Assembly: GCA_963815215.1 (NCBI GenBank)
Contig: CAWFFU010000010.1
Location: 295,863 to 359,862, forward strand
Direction of reading: 5' to 3'
DNA: 64,000 nucleotides
Source: an uncultured Trueperaceae bacterium
GTDB taxonomy: Bacteria > Deinococcota > Deinococci > Deinococcales > Trueperaceae
The translations under genes and the position numbers were made by a program. Within the stretch, counting starts at the first letter, position 1. Each line of letters opens with the position of its first letter. The notes beneath the pieces were generated by a model. The model was given only the letters and a program-made list of their open reading frames with translations. It was not told the origin of the DNA and ran no database searches. Below are positions 1-12,358 of the stretch, in pieces.

Positions 1-599
1 AGCGGGTCGCGCAGTTTCATGTTCGGCGACGCCAGGTCGATCCTGGCGCGCAGCACGTGGGCGCCGTTCTCGAACTCGCCGGCACGCATGCGCCGGAACA
101 GGTCGAGGTTCTCCTCCGCCGAGCGCTGGCGGAAGGGGCTGGGGATGCCGGGCTGCTCGACGGTGCCGCGCATGCGCTGGATCTCGCCGGTCGGCAGGCT
201 GTCGACGTAGGCGTCCCCCATGGTGATGAGCTGCTCGGCGAGCTGGTACAGCCGCTCGAAGTAGTCCGACGCGAAACGCGTTGCCGGCCAGCTCCAGCCG
301 ACCCAGCGCAGGTCCTCCTCGATCGAGGTGACGTAGCGCATCTCCTCGACCTCGGGGTTGGTGTCGTCGAAGCGCAGGTTGCACACGCCGCCGTAGTCGG
401 CGGCCAGCCCGAAGTCCAGGAAGCTGGCGAAGGCGTGCCCGATGTGGGCGTAGCCGTTCGGCTCCGGAGGGAAGCGCGTGACGACACGGCGGTGACGGCC
501 GCTCTCGAGGTCGCGGTCGATGATGTCGGTGATGAAGTTGGGGTTCACCAGCCGGGCGGTTTCGGCGTCCGGCGCGGCGTCCCCGTCGGGAGTGGTCAC
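1..599 (-). CDS. glnS: Glutamine--tRNA ligase, N-terminal part (runs off window start)
   Basis: Manual translation from GTG at 599 (AGGAG RBS upstream) gives ...[36 protein letters not shown]..., the class I HIGH-motif start of GlnRS; not in the ORF track because it is truncated. Confidence 0.9.
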   Translation of the reverse strand, partial: MTTPDGDAAPDAETARLVNPNFITDIIDRDLESGRHRRVVTRFPPEPNGYAHIGHAFASFLDFGLAADYGGVCNLRFDDTNPEVEEMRYVTSIEEDLRWVGWSWPATRFASDYFERLYQLAEQLITMGDAYVDSLPTGEIQRMRGTVEQPGIPSPFRQRSAEENLDLFRRMRAGEFENGAHVLRARIDLASPNMKLRDP

Positions 600-698
600 G
601 TCGCTGGCTCCTTCGCCGGCCCTCCGGCGGCGCGCTGCCTGACAGGCCGCGCCCGGGCCGCTCCTCAGCTTAGCGCAGCCGCCCGCGGCCCGCGGGCG

Positions 699-1634
699 TC
701 AACGGAGGATCACCAGCGTGACGAAGTAGTAGGTCACCGGCACTGCGAACAGGGTGCTGTCGATGCGGTCGAGCACGCCTCCATGGCCGGGCAGGAAGAT
801 GCCGGCGTCCTTCACTCCGACCCAGCGCTTGATCAGCGACTCGAACAGGTCGCCGAGTTGCGCCGCGCTGCCGACCAGCAGGCTGAACAGCAGGCCGTCG
901 TAGAGATCGACGTGCAGGTGTGCCAGCCGCTTCAGCAGGAAGGTGGCGGCAGCCACCACGCCCACCGACAGGATCAGCCCGCCGAGCGAGCCCTCCACCG
1001 TCTTGTTGGGGCTGATGAGCGGGGCGAGCTTGCGCCGTCCCAGCCAGGATCCGATGGCGTAGGCGCCGACGTCGGAGGCCACGATGGCCAGCATCGGCAG
1101 CGTCAGGTACCACAGGCCCAGCACACCGTTGGGGGTGTAGCGCAGGGTGATGGTGTAGCCGAACAGCCAGGGGATGTACAGGTAGCCGAACATCGAATAG
1201 ACGATGGTGTTGACCGAGTCGCGGCGCGGCGCCACGACCTCGATGCCGATCAGGTAGAGCGCGACCAGGCCGAGCACGAGCTCACGCCAGCTCACACCGG
1301 CGATGAGCGGCTGCATGCCGGGGTAGGTGGCCGGCAGCGAGGCGGGCAGGGTGAGGGCGGCGGCCACCCAGAGGCTGCGCTTGCGCACGCGGATGCCGCG
1401 CAACGCCACCATCGACGCGAACTCCTGCAGAGCGATGAACGACAACACCAGATAGGCGGGCGCCAGCAACGGCAGCCCCACCCAGAACACCAGCAGCGCC
1501 GCCAGGAACGCAGCGAAGGCGCTGGCGATGCGCGCCACGTGCACGCCCTCCCGGCGGCGTACCGGATCCGCCTCCGCCGCCGACCTCGCCAGGCGATCGC
1601 GGGCCGAGCCCTCGACGCGCTCGTTCACGCGCAC
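699..1634 (-). CDS. cdsA: Phosphatidate cytidylyltransferase
   Basis: Hydrophobic protein with ISPNKTVEG, GDLFESLIKR and PGHGGVLDRIDS motifs; usual position after frr. Confidence 0.93.
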   Translation of the reverse strand: MRVNERVEGSARDRLARSAAEADPVRRREGVHVARIASAFAAFLAALLVFWVGLPLLAPAYLVLSFIALQEFASMVALRGIRVRKRSLWVAAALTLPASLPATYPGMQPLIAGVSWRELVLGLVALYLIGIEVVAPRRDSVNTIVYSMFGYLYIPWLFGYTITLRYTPNGVLGLWYLTLPMLAIVASDVGAYAIGSWLGRRKLAPLISPNKTVEGSLGGLILSVGVVAAATFLLKRLAHLHVDLYDGLLFSLLVGSAAQLGDLFESLIKRWVGVKDAGIFLPGHGGVLDRIDSTLFAVPVTYYFVTLVILR

Positions 1635-1724
1635 ACCGCTCGCCCGCTCACGGGCGCCCCTCGCCGATCCTCGCGCGCACGCCGCTCATCGCGACCTCCC
1701 CGCTGCTCGCCACGCGTGCCCCGG

Positions 1725-2279
1725 TCACACGGCGAGGATGTCCTCTTCCTTGGTCTTGACGCGGCCGTCGATGTCGGCCGTGAACTCGTCGGTCAGCTTC
1801 TGGACCTCGGCCTCGCCGCGCCGCAGGTCGTCCTCGGTGATGTCGTTGTCCTTCTGCATGTCCTTGAGGCTGTCGTTGCTGTCGCGCCGGATGTTGCGGA
1901 TCGCTACGCGGGCCTCCTCGGCCATGCCGTGCACCGCACGCACCAGGTCGCGGCGCCGCTCGTCGTTGAGCGCCGGCACACTGATGAAGATGGCGTCGCC
2001 CTGGTTGTTGGGGTTGAACCCCAGGTCGCTCTCCTGGATCGCGCGGTCGATCTCCTTGGCCGCCGACTTGTCGAACGGCGTGATGAGGAGGGTGCGGGGA
2101 TCGGGGCTGGAGATGGAGGCGATCTGGGTCAGCGGTACGCTACTGCCGTAGTACTCGACCATCACGCGGTTGAGGATGGCGGGGTTGGCCCTGCCGGTGC
2201 GCACGGTGGCGACGTTCGACTCGAAGGCTTCGAGGGACTTCTCCATGCGTTCCCGCGTTTCCTTCAGGACGCTCTTCAT
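1725..2279 (-). CDS. frr: Ribosome recycling factor
   Basis: VRTGRANPAIL, ARVAIRNIRRD and EVQKLTD motifs; ATG at 2279 with GGAGG RBS. Confidence 0.97.
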   Translation of the reverse strand: MKSVLKETRERMEKSLEAFESNVATVRTGRANPAILNRVMVEYYGSSVPLTQIASISSPDPRTLLITPFDKSAAKEIDRAIQESDLGFNPNNQGDAIFISVPALNDERRRDLVRAVHGMAEEARVAIRNIRRDSNDSLKDMQKDNDITEDDLRRGEAEVQKLTDEFTADIDGRVKTKEEDILAV

Positions 2280-2382
2280 CAGCGGTACCTCCTGCACTTC
2301 CCTTCGTCTGGGGCCCAGTCTACCGCGCGGTGGCGCGACGCGAACCGGGCGAGCGCGATGGGGCAGGAGGACGCTCGGAGCG

Positions 2383-3114
<732 letters not shown>

Positions 3115-3708
3115 CTACTCCCCGATGGCGATGCGCGCGTAGCGCCCCACCTGGATGTTCTCACCGATGGTCGCGATGGCTTCCTTGATCAAGGTGTCGA
3201 CGGTCTTCTTGTCGTCCTTGATGTAGGGCTGCTCGAGCAGGCAGATCTCGGCGAAGAACTTGTTCAGGCGCCCTTCCGCGATCTTCTCGACCACGTTGGC
3301 GGGCTTGCCTTCGGTGGCGGCCTGCTTGGCGAAGGCCGCGCGTTCGGCGTCGGCGAGCTCCTGGGGCACCTGGTCCCGGCTGACGTACTTCGGGTCGTTC
3401 ATCGCGATGTGCATCGCGATGTTGCGCGCCAGATCCTGGAACTGCTCGTTGAGGGCCACGAAGTCCGTCTCGCAGTTCAGCTCGATCATCACGCCGATCT
3501 TGCCGTTGTGATGGATGTAGGTGCCGATGAAGCCCTCGCCGGCGGCGCGGTCGGCCTTCTTGGCGGCCTTGGCGATGCCGCGCTCGCGCAGTAGTGCCGC
3601 CGCCTTGTCGATGTCACCCTCGGTTTCGTCGAGGGCCCGCTTGACATCCATCATGCCCGCCCCGGTCTGGGCGCGAAGCTGCTTGATCGATTCGGTGCTC
3701 ACTGCCAT
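3115..3708 (-). CDS. tsf: Elongation factor Ts (short, 197-aa form)
   Basis: LRAQTGAGMMDVKRAL and ELNCETDFVA motifs. Confidence 0.97.
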   Translation of the reverse strand: MAVSTESIKQLRAQTGAGMMDVKRALDETEGDIDKAAALLRERGIAKAAKKADRAAGEGFIGTYIHHNGKIGVMIELNCETDFVALNEQFQDLARNIAMHIAMNDPKYVSRDQVPQELADAERAAFAKQAATEGKPANVVEKIAEGRLNKFFAEICLLEQPYIKDDKKTVDTLIKEAIATIGENIQVGRYARIAIGE

Positions 3709-3740
3709 AGTCGTCGTTCCTCCGCGTCGGGCGCTGCTGG

Positions 3741-4868
3741 TCAGCGCTCGTCTTCGTCGTCGCTCGCGGTCTCGCCCTGCTCCTGCTGGGCCGGTTCCGC
3801 GCTGGTCTCATCCTCGTCGCTCGCAGCGGACGCCTTGGCCCGGCGCCGGGGCTTGGCCTCCGAAGGCGCTTCCGGCGCGGCTTCCGCGTCGGCGGCACCC
3901 TCCGCTTCCGGCTCCGCGTCGGTTTCCGCTTCGGTTGCCGCGTCAGTCGCCGCGTCAGTCGCCGCGTCGGTCGCGGCCTCCGCCTCAGGAACCTCGGGCT
4001 TCGGCGCCGCCGGGGCAGGCGGCGTCTCGGCCGCGGCCGGAGCGGCCGCCTGGCCCTCTGCCTGGCCCTCCGCCATCGCCGCCGCGGCCTTGATGGTCCG
4101 TTCGGGCGACGACATCGGGGTCGGCAGCGTCTCGCGCTGGCCCGACGTGGCCGACGCTTCGGCCGGCTGTTCGACCGGCTCGTCGGCGCCGCCCTTGACC
4201 TCGATGATGACGTCGGAGAGGCGCGCCGTGACGAGCTGGATGGAGCGGATAGCGTCGTCGTTGCCCGGGATGATGAAGTCCAGGACGTCGGGATCGCTGT
4301 CGGTGTCGGCCAGGGCCACGACCGGGATGTCGAGCTTGTTGGCTTCCTTGACCGCGATCGCCTCCTTGGTGGGGTCGATCACGAACAGCGCGTCCGGCAG
4401 GCGGTTCATGTCACGGATCCCGCCCAGGTAGCGCTGCAGACGCTGCAGCTCCTTGCCCATGGCGATCTGTTCCTTCTTGGTGAAGCGCAGGATCGACTCG
4501 TCGTCGAACATCCCCTGCAGGTCCTTGAGCCGGTCGACGCGCGTGCGGATGGTCTTGAAGTTGGTCAGCAGGCCGCCGAGCCAGCGCTCGTTGATGAACG
4601 GCATGCCGCAGCGCTTGGCCTCCGCCGCCAGGATCTCCTGAGCCTGCTTCTTGGTGCCGACGAACAGGATGGTGTTGCCGCGGCCGGCCATGTCGCGCAG
4701 GAAGTTGAACGACTTCTCGCTCTCTACCAGCGTCTTCTGCAGATCGATGATGAAGATGCCGTTGCGCTCCGCGAAGATGTAGCGCTTCATCTTCGGGTTC
4801 CAGCGCTTCGTCTCGTGCCCGAAGTGCACGCCGGCTTCCAGCAGTTGCTTCATTCCGAGGTACGACAT
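3741..4868 (-). CDS. rpsB: 30S ribosomal protein S2 with long Ala/Glu-rich C-terminal extension
   Basis: [36 protein letters not shown] and [14 protein letters not shown] at 4868 with GGAGG RBS. Confidence 0.97.
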   Translation of the reverse strand: MSYLGMKQLLEAGVHFGHETKRWNPKMKRYIFAERNGIFIIDLQKTLVESEKSFNFLRDMAGRGNTILFVGTKKQAQEILAAEAKRCGMPFINERWLGGLLTNFKTIRTRVDRLKDLQGMFDDESILRFTKKEQIAMGKELQRLQRYLGGIRDMNRLPDALFVIDPTKEAIAVKEANKLDIPVVALADTDSDPDVLDFIIPGNDDAIRSIQLVTARLSDVIIEVKGGADEPVEQPAEASATSGQRETLPTPMSSPERTIKAAAAMAEGQAEGQAAAPAAAETPPAPAAPKPEVPEAEAATDAATDAATDAATEAETDAEPEAEGAADAEAAPEAPSEAKPRRRAKASAASDEDETSAEPAQQEQGETASDDEDER

Positions 4869-5222
4869 CTGTGTTCCTCCAGGGCGGGATGTTGAGGTGA
4901 GAATCGGGAGGCCTGGGGCGCTCCCCATCCTGCCGTTGGCGCGGCGGACATCCCGCTACCGCCGACCAAACCTCCGCAGTATACAGGAGCGTTCTCATGC
5001 CAGGCCACTGCGCCCGACGTGAGCGTGCGACGGGCCGTGCGGCGAGGCCGGCCGGGGTGGCCGGTCGGGGTGGGTCCGCCCGAGGTGGCCGGTCGCCTCC
5101 ATACGGGAACGGGCGGACCGGAGGACCGGACCGCCCGCAGGGGTCGTGGGTTCGGAGCGTAGACGCTCGGAGCCGCGAGTCCGCGCCGGGGAGCTCAGGG
5201 CGCGGTTCTCAGGGCGCGGTAC

Positions 5223-6416
5223 TCAGGGAAGGGAGCTCAGGGCGTCCTTCGCAGGCTGGTACGTGGCGTCGATCTGCAGTGCGTGCTGGTACGCCTGACG
5301 GGCGTTCTGGACGTCGCCGCTGGCACCGCGAGCCTGGTAGGCCTGACCCAGCCAGTAGTAGGCGTCGGCGCTCTCCGGCGGAAGCAGGGCGCCCTGCTGG
5401 GCCCGCTTCACGGCCTCGTCGACCTTACCGGTCTTCAGGTAGGCGCGCGCCAGGTAGGTGTACAGCGGCGGCGCGAACACCGCACCGTTGAGCTTGAGCG
5501 CGGCCTCCAGCTTGGAGACGCTGTCCTTCACGTCGCCGCACTCGAACAAGGTGATGCCGAGCTGCGACATCGCCGACAGCGACTGCGGGTCGAGGCTGAC
5601 CGCCTGCGAGAGCTCGTACTCGGCGGTGCTGCAGTCCTTCAGGCGGTAGGCCACGTTGCCCAGGTTGTTGTGCGCGGAGCTGCTGGCGGGGTCGAGCACC
5701 ACCGCCCGACGGAACGCCTGCTGCGCCAGTTTGAGGTCGCCCTGGTCGCGGTAGACGCGCCCCAGGTTGACCTGGATGGTCGAGCGCTCCGGGTTGGTCA
5801 GGTTCTTGCCGGCGGCGCTGGAGGCCTGCGACACGGCCTGCTCGAGCACCGTCTGCGCCTCCTTGAGGTTGCCCAGGTCGTAGAGCACCACGCCCTTGGT
5901 GTTGAGCACCTTGGGATCCTGCGGCGCGATCGCTTCGGCCTGCTTGGCGGTGTCCAGGGCGTCGCTCAGGCGGTTGGGATAGCTCTTGGGGTCGCTCTGG
6001 TACTCGTCGCGGTAGGTGAGCGCCAGGTGCACCATGGCGAGCACGTTCTTGGGGTCCTGCTTGAGGGCCGCCTGGTAGGCGTCGATGGCCTGGGCGTAGG
6101 CCTGCTGGCACGACAGCGACCGGCCCTTGCCGACCAGCGCCTCGACGTTGGTCGGGTCGGTCTTCAGGGCCTCCTGGAAGAAGTACTGTGCCAGCGCGCA
6201 GTCGCCGTGGCCCAGATAGAACTGGCCGTCGCTCAGCAGAGTGGGCACGTCCGGGGGGCCGGACTTCGTGGGAGCCTGCGCCAGCGTCTTCGACTGGGTG
6301 GCGGGCGCGGTCGTGGAGCTCTGCGCGAAGGCGGTGGCGAGGCCCAGACCGACGGTCAGGGTCGCCAGCAGGACCTTCCCCCAGGCGCCGGTTCTGTTGT
6401 TCCTGATGCTGATCAA
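5223..6416 (-). CDS. Secreted tetratricopeptide-repeat protein
   Basis: Signal-peptide-like N-terminus (LLATLTVGLGLATAFA-Q) followed by many TPR repeats; TTG start at 6416 with GGAGG RBS. Confidence 0.8.
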   Translation of the reverse strand: MISIRNNRTGAWGKVLLATLTVGLGLATAFAQSSTTAPATQSKTLAQAPTKSGPPDVPTLLSDGQFYLGHGDCALAQYFFQEALKTDPTNVEALVGKGRSLSCQQAYAQAIDAYQAALKQDPKNVLAMVHLALTYRDEYQSDPKSYPNRLSDALDTAKQAEAIAPQDPKVLNTKGVVLYDLGNLKEAQTVLEQAVSQASSAAGKNLTNPERSTIQVNLGRVYRDQGDLKLAQQAFRRAVVLDPASSSAHNNLGNVAYRLKDCSTAEYELSQAVSLDPQSLSAMSQLGITLFECGDVKDSVSKLEAALKLNGAVFAPPLYTYLARAYLKTGKVDEAVKRAQQGALLPPESADAYYWLGQAYQARGASGDVQNARQAYQHALQIDATYQPAKDALSSLP

Positions 6417-6718
6417 CGTGTCCTCCGACAGGTCATGCGGTGTTGTGCGTGTCCAGGATGGGGCGAGTGTAGCATCCGGCCTTCCACTGCCGTCGCCCGA
6501 CGAGGCATTCACGGTGGTGGATAGCGGGCCGGGTGGCGGAGCGGGCCCTCAACGCGATGCCGCCGTCGAACGGAGCCTGGGCCCGCGGATAGGGCGTCGC
6601 TCGGTGACGTCCATTGCTGCCCATGATGACCACCCACTGTGAGAATGGGGTGTGCAGCACGGAACATATGCCCCTCTCGCGAGACTCGCGGCAGAGCCCT
6701 GCGGCGCCGTGGCGGGAC

Positions 6719-7405
<687 letters not shown>

Positions 7406-7710
7406 GGCCGGACGGCTCCGCGGCGGAGGGCCGGGGACGCGCCGCCGGCCGGGGACCTGCGTTCGATTGCGAGCACGTCGGGATTCTACCGCGTCGCGCC
7501 GCTGCGGGGCCGTCGCCGTCGTACGGCGGGCGCGCCCGCGCAGGATCGAGTGCTAGCATCGCGCCACCGAACCTCGGACGCTCGAGGCCGGACCCGTCGC
7601 GCGTAGGCTCGCGAGGCGTTAGCATGGGTGCGCCCGGGACAGATGTCCCCAGGTTCGCCTGGCGACGAGAGCATCCTGCGCGGCGTCCCACGTGTGAGAG
7701 AGGAAAACGC

Positions 7711-8688
7711 ATGGCCGAAGCGAGGCGACCTTCCACCCATGTCCTGGCCTGGTTCGCCCTGGCAGGCAACGCCCTGGTCATCCTGCAGGGCGCGTTCGTC
7801 CGGGCGTCGGGCTCCGGTGCCGGTTGCGGCGGCCACTGGCCGACCTGCAACGGTGAGGTCGTTCCGCTGAACGCCAACGTGCACACACTGATCGAGTTCA
7901 CCCACCGCGTACTGGCGCTGACGGTGCTGGTACTGGGCGTGTGGCTGCTGGTCCGGGCCATCCGGATGCGCAAGGAAGCGCCGGGCTTCAGCGCCTTCAC
8001 CTACGCGGCCTTCTACTTCCTGATCATGGAGGCGCTCCTCGGCGCCGTCACCGTGGTGTTCGGGCTCACCGGCGACAACCAGAGCCTGGCCCGCGGGGTG
8101 TTGGTGGCCGTCCACCTGGTGAACTCGCTGCTGCTCGTCGGCACGCTCACCGGGATGGTGGTGTTCTCGCGCCCCCGCCCGCCCGCCTGGCCGCTGCGTC
8201 TGGGTCGCCAGGGTGCGCTGGCCACCGTGCTCGGTCTCGGCCTGGTCAGCATGCTGGTGCTGATCTTCTCGGGCGGCATCGCCGCCATGGGCAACACCAT
8301 GTTCCCCTCGACCTCGTTACAGCAGGGATTCGCCGCGGACTTCAACCCCGCCTCGCACACGCTCATCCGTCTGCGCATCCTTCACCCGCTCATCGCCATC
8401 ACCGTCGGCACCTACCTCTTCGTCGGGCTGGGGCTCAGCTGGTGGATCAAGCCCACGCCCTCGGCGCGGCGCACCGCCCAGGCGCTGCTGGGCGTCTACC
8501 TGGCGCAGCTGGTCGTCGGAACGGCCAACCTGGCGTTCCTGGCGCCGATGGCGTTGCAGCTGCTCCACCTGACGATGGCCGTGCTGGCCTTCGCGTTGCT
8601 CACCACCCTCACGCTCGAGATGCTCGGCGGCCAGGCGACGCTCCGCGAGGGCGCCGCCCAACAGCGCGCCGCGATGGAGAAGGCGTAG
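7711..8688 (+). CDS. ctaA: Heme A synthase (COX15/CtaA family)
   Basis: GSGAGCGGHWPTCNG and IEFTHR motifs, several TM helices, adjacent to ctaB. Confidence 0.85.
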   Translation: MAEARRPSTHVLAWFALAGNALVILQGAFVRASGSGAGCGGHWPTCNGEVVPLNANVHTLIEFTHRVLALTVLVLGVWLLVRAIRMRKEAPGFSAFTYAAFYFLIMEALLGAVTVVFGLTGDNQSLARGVLVAVHLVNSLLLVGTLTGMVVFSRPRPPAWPLRLGRQGALATVLGLGLVSMLVLIFSGGIAAMGNTMFPSTSLQQGFAADFNPASHTLIRLRILHPLIAITVGTYLFVGLGLSWWIKPTPSARRTAQALLGVYLAQLVVGTANLAFLAPMALQLLHLTMAVLAFALLTTLTLEMLGGQATLREGAAQQRAAMEKA

Positions 8689-8690
8689 CC

Positions 8691-9608
8691 ATGGCCGATA
8701 CCCTGCCACCCGAAGCTGCCGCGCCCGCGCGCGCCACCGTGGGCGACTACATCACCTTGACCAAGCCGAAGGTGATCAGCCTGCTGCTGCTCACCACCGT
8801 GGGCGCCATGTTCATCGCCGCGCGTGGCTTCCCCGGCTGGATCCCGCTCATCGGCGTGATGCTCGGTGGTTACATGTCGGCGGGCGCCGCCGGCGTGTTC
8901 AACATGGTCTACGACCGCGACATCGACGAGCGCATGCGCCGCACCGCCAAGCGCCCGACCGTCACGCAGGTGGTGCCCACGCGCAACGCCCTCGTCTTCG
9001 GCGTGGCGCTGACGCTGGGGTCGTTCCTGGCCATCGCGCTGTCCACCAACGTGCTGGCGGCCCTGCTCTCGTGGGCGGGCATCGCCTTCTACGTGATCGT
9101 CTACACCATGTGGCTGAAGCGCAGCACCTGGCAGAACATCGTCATCGGCGGGGCCGCCGGGGCCATCCCGCCGCTGGTCGGCTGGGCGGCCGTGACCGGT
9201 CACCTCAGCCTGCTGGCGTGGGTCCTGTTCGCGCTGGTGTTCATGTGGACGCCGGTCCACTTCTGGGCGCTGGCGCTGATGATCAAGGACGAGTACCACA
9301 AGGTCGGGGTACCGATGGCGCCGTCCGTCATCGGCGAGCGCGCCACGGTGATGCAGATGGTGATGTACGCCTTGCTCACCATGGTGCTGACGGTGGCGCC
9401 GTTCTTCCTGCACGCGTTCAGCCCGGCCTACTTCCTGGCCGCGCTGGGGCTCAATGTCGTGCTGGCGTTGCGGGTCCTGCGGCTGTTCCAGATCGCCCGC
9501 GCCGGAACCCCCATCGATAAGGTGACGGCGTTGCCGCTGTACAAGTATTCGATGACCTACCTGGCGCTGGTCTTCCTCAGCATGGCGCTCGACCGGATCT
9601 TCTTCTGA
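8691..9608 (+). CDS. ctaB: Protoheme IX farnesyltransferase (heme O synthase)
   Basis: LTKPKVI, DRDIDERMRRTAKRP, NIVIGGAAGAIPPLVGW and WTPVHFWALA motifs. Confidence 0.95.
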   Translation: MADTLPPEAAAPARATVGDYITLTKPKVISLLLLTTVGAMFIAARGFPGWIPLIGVMLGGYMSAGAAGVFNMVYDRDIDERMRRTAKRPTVTQVVPTRNALVFGVALTLGSFLAIALSTNVLAALLSWAGIAFYVIVYTMWLKRSTWQNIVIGGAAGAIPPLVGWAAVTGHLSLLAWVLFALVFMWTPVHFWALALMIKDEYHKVGVPMAPSVIGERATVMQMVMYALLTMVLTVAPFFLHAFSPAYFLAALGLNVVLALRVLRLFQIARAGTPIDKVTALPLYKYSMTYLALVFLSMALDRIFF

Positions 9609-9619
9609 AGGGCAGCTCC

Positions 9620-10462
9620 TTGCGCTCCCGGCGCGATCTCCGCTTCCTGCTGCGTCCCCGCTGGCTGATCGGCACGCTGACCATCGTGGCGATGGCGGTG
9701 GTGATGGTCAACCTCGGCTTCTGGCAGCTCCGCCGGCTGCACCAGCGCCTCGAGCGCAACCACACCATCGAGGCGCGCATCCATGCGCCGCCGCAACCGC
9801 TGGCGCAGGCGCTGGCGCGCTACCACGTCGGCACCGACCTCAACGCTCCCGACAGTGTCGCCTACCGGCACGTCAGCGTGTCGGGGCGCTACGACGCCGC
9901 CGACGAGGTGCTGTTGCGTTCGCGCAGCCAGGGGGGCCAACCCGGCTTCCACGTGCTGACGCCGCTGATGCTGGCCGACGGTCGGGCACTGCTGGTCGAT
10001 CGCGGCTGGGTGCCCTTCACCGACAACCAACCGCCGGTGCCGGCAGCAGCGCCTCCGTCGGGCGAGGTGAGGTTGACCGGCCTGCTGCGTCTGCCCGAGC
10101 CCGAGCCGTCGGGGTTCTTCAAGGCCCTCAGCCCGCAGGACCCGGCCAGCGGGCCACTCAAGAAGAGCTTCTACGCCGACCCGGCGCGCCTGCAGGGCCA
10201 GTTCGCCATCCCGTTGATCGATGCCTACCTGCAGTTGGCGTCGCAGACGCCGGCGCAGACCGGAGAGCTGCCGGTGATGCCGGATCCGCCCGAGCTCTCC
10301 AATGGGCCGCACCTCAGCTACACCATCCAGTGGTTCTCGTTCACGGCCATCACGTTGGTCGGTTACGCCGTGGTGCTGGAGCGCCGCACGCGGGGAACGC
10401 CCGACGACGAGGACGACGACGAGGACGACGACATGCTGCCCCGCGCGAACGCCGACAACTGA
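9620..10462 (+). CDS. SURF1 family cytochrome oxidase assembly protein
   Basis: LGFWQLRR, GFHVLTPL, LLVDRGWVP and HLSYTIQWF motifs. Confidence 0.92.
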   Translation: MRSRRDLRFLLRPRWLIGTLTIVAMAVVMVNLGFWQLRRLHQRLERNHTIEARIHAPPQPLAQALARYHVGTDLNAPDSVAYRHVSVSGRYDAADEVLLRSRSQGGQPGFHVLTPLMLADGRALLVDRGWVPFTDNQPPVPAAAPPSGEVRLTGLLRLPEPEPSGFFKALSPQDPASGPLKKSFYADPARLQGQFAIPLIDAYLQLASQTPAQTGELPVMPDPPELSNGPHLSYTIQWFSFTAITLVGYAVVLERRTRGTPDDEDDDEDDDMLPRANADN

Positions 10463-10522
10463 GTCGGCTCGTTCCCCGGTAGCCGGGCCCGACGCGGTCC
10501 CGACGCGGTCCCGATGCCGTCG

Positions 10523-11644
10523 CTAGGCCGGAGCCTTGCCGAGCGCCTCGCGTAGCGTGCCTATCAGCGTGTCGAAGGGCTTGACGAACTTGTCGACCCC
10601 CTCGTCCTCCAGCGCCTGCGTGACCGCGCCCAGGTCGATGCCCAGCTCGGCGAGCTGCGAGAGCTTGGTGCCGTAGGCCTCCATGTCGTCGTGGATGCGG
10701 TCGGCGGGATCGCCGTGGTCGCGGTAGGCGTCGAGCGTCTCGAGCGGCAGGGTGTTGATGGTGTGTGGGCCGATGAGCGACTCGACGTACTTGACGTCGG
10801 AGTAGTCGGGGTTCTTGGTGCCGGTCGAGGCCCACAGCAGGCGCTGGCTGCGGGCGCCGCCGGCCCCGAGCGCCCGGAAGCGCTCGCTCCCGAAGACCTC
10901 CTGATAGATGGCGTAGGCCCGCTTGGCGCTGGCGATGGCGATCTCGCCGTGCAGCGCCTGGGCCGTGTCGGCGCGGGCGCCGCCCTGCTGCGCCAGCCTC
11001 TCCAGCATGGGGTCGACCATGACGTCGATGCGGCTCAGGAAGAAGCTCGCCACCGACGCCACGCGCGCCAGCGGCAGGCCCTTGGCGGCGCGCTCCTCGA
11101 GGCCGGCCAGGTAGGCCTCGGTCACCTCGCGGTAGCGCTCCAGCCCGAACAGCAGCGTGACGTTGACGTTGATGCCCTCGGCGATGAGCTGCCGGATGGC
11201 GCCCAGCCCGGCGGCGGTGCCGGGTACCTTGATGAAGGCGTTGGGCCGTCCCAGACGTTGCCACAGGTGACGCGCCTCGGCCAGGGTGCCCTCGGTATCG
11301 TGCGCCAGGTGGGGGGACACCTCCAGCGACACGTAGCCGTAGCGGCCGTCGGAGGCGTCGTAGGTGGGCCGGAACAGGTCGCAGGCGTTCTGGATGTCGC
11401 TGACCACCAGGTCCTCGTAAGCCTGCTCGACGGCGACGCCGCGGCGGGCGAGGTCCGCGACGGCCTCGTCGTAGTCGTTGGACTGGCCGATGGCCTTCTG
11501 GAAGATGGCGGGGTTGGAGGTGACGCCGCGCAGGCCGTCGTCATCGATGAGGGCCTGGAGGGTCCCGTCGCTGAGCCAGCTGCGACGGATCGCGTCCAGA
11601 TACACGGACTGCCCGAAGTCCCGCAGTCGTTCGAGGTTGCTCAT
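10523..11644 (-). CDS. tal: Transaldolase
   Basis: GVTSNPAIF, VSLEVSP, FIKVPGT, NVNVTLLF and RLLWASTGTKNP motifs. Confidence 0.95.
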   Translation of the reverse strand: MSNLERLRDFGQSVYLDAIRRSWLSDGTLQALIDDDGLRGVTSNPAIFQKAIGQSNDYDEAVADLARRGVAVEQAYEDLVVSDIQNACDLFRPTYDASDGRYGYVSLEVSPHLAHDTEGTLAEARHLWQRLGRPNAFIKVPGTAAGLGAIRQLIAEGINVNVTLLFGLERYREVTEAYLAGLEERAAKGLPLARVASVASFFLSRIDVMVDPMLERLAQQGGARADTAQALHGEIAIASAKRAYAIYQEVFGSERFRALGAGGARSQRLLWASTGTKNPDYSDVKYVESLIGPHTINTLPLETLDAYRDHGDPADRIHDDMEAYGTKLSQLAELGIDLGAVTQALEDEGVDKFVKPFDTLIGTLREALGKAPA

Positions 11645-11755
11645 GCTGATCCTCCCGTGGACCGGTGCGCGTCGGCGTGCGCCCGCGCCGGCCGATGAGG
11701 CCACGATACGACTCCGTGGCGCACCTTCCGCGTGGGGCGGGTTACGGGAGGGCGC

Positions 11756-12358
11756 TCAGGCGCGCTCGAGCCCGACGGCGACAACCGCGTCACCGCGCAG
11801 CTCGAGCTGCACGCGCGGCAGCGGCCGCACCGCCGGTCCGCTCACCGCTTCGCCCGCCCGCGTGGGATCGAAGATGCTCAGGTGGCAGGGGCAGGTAAGG
11901 TCGGGGTGGGGGGTGCGGTAGTTGAAGGCGAAGCTGATGCCGGCCAGGTCGCGGTTGAGGTACACGGTGCAGCCCAGGTGGGTGCACACCCGACTGAAGG
12001 CGGCCAGGTGGACCGTCTCCCCGCCGCTGGTGGTGGCCTCGAGCCCGCCGGGGATCGGCCCGGGTAGCCGCAGCGCGATGGCGGGGATGGGGTGATCGCC
12101 GGCCAGCTCGAAGGGCACCGAGTCCCAGGGCTGCGCGAAGGACTGGAGCCCGGCGACGGCGGTGGCCGGACGGGGCTCGAAGACGGGGTGCGTCGCGGGC
12201 GTGTCCTTCTCGAAATGGATGCGGATCGCCTCGTACAGGCCGAGCGCCCCGCCGCCGACCGCGAGCAGCACCGGCAGGCGCCAGGCCCAGCGGATCAGCC
12301 GGCGGCGGTCCTCGTCGGGCGCGTCGCCGGGTCCCGTGCCGGGCTCACTGGCGCTCAT
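11756..12358 (-). CDS. Rieske [2Fe-2S] protein with Tat-like signal
   Basis: CTHLGC and CPCHLS boxes; N-terminal RRRLI followed by a hydrophobic stretch. Confidence 0.9.
   Translation of the reverse strand: MSASEPGTGPGDAPDEDRRRLIRWAWRLPVLLAVGGGALGLYEAIRIHFEKDTPATHPVFEPRPATAVAGLQSFAQPWDSVPFELAGDHPIPAIALRLPGPIPGGLEATTSGGETVHLAAFSRVCTHLGCTVYLNRDLAGISFAFNYRTPHPDLTCPCHLSIFDPTRAGEAVSGPAVRPLPRVQLELRGDAVVAVGLERA

Noticed and set aside
4869..5010. rpsB leader RNA and promoter (TATACT on the minus strand at 4978-4983)
   Set aside because: The position is plausible, but no convincing -35 box was found and the RNA structure could not be verified by eye.
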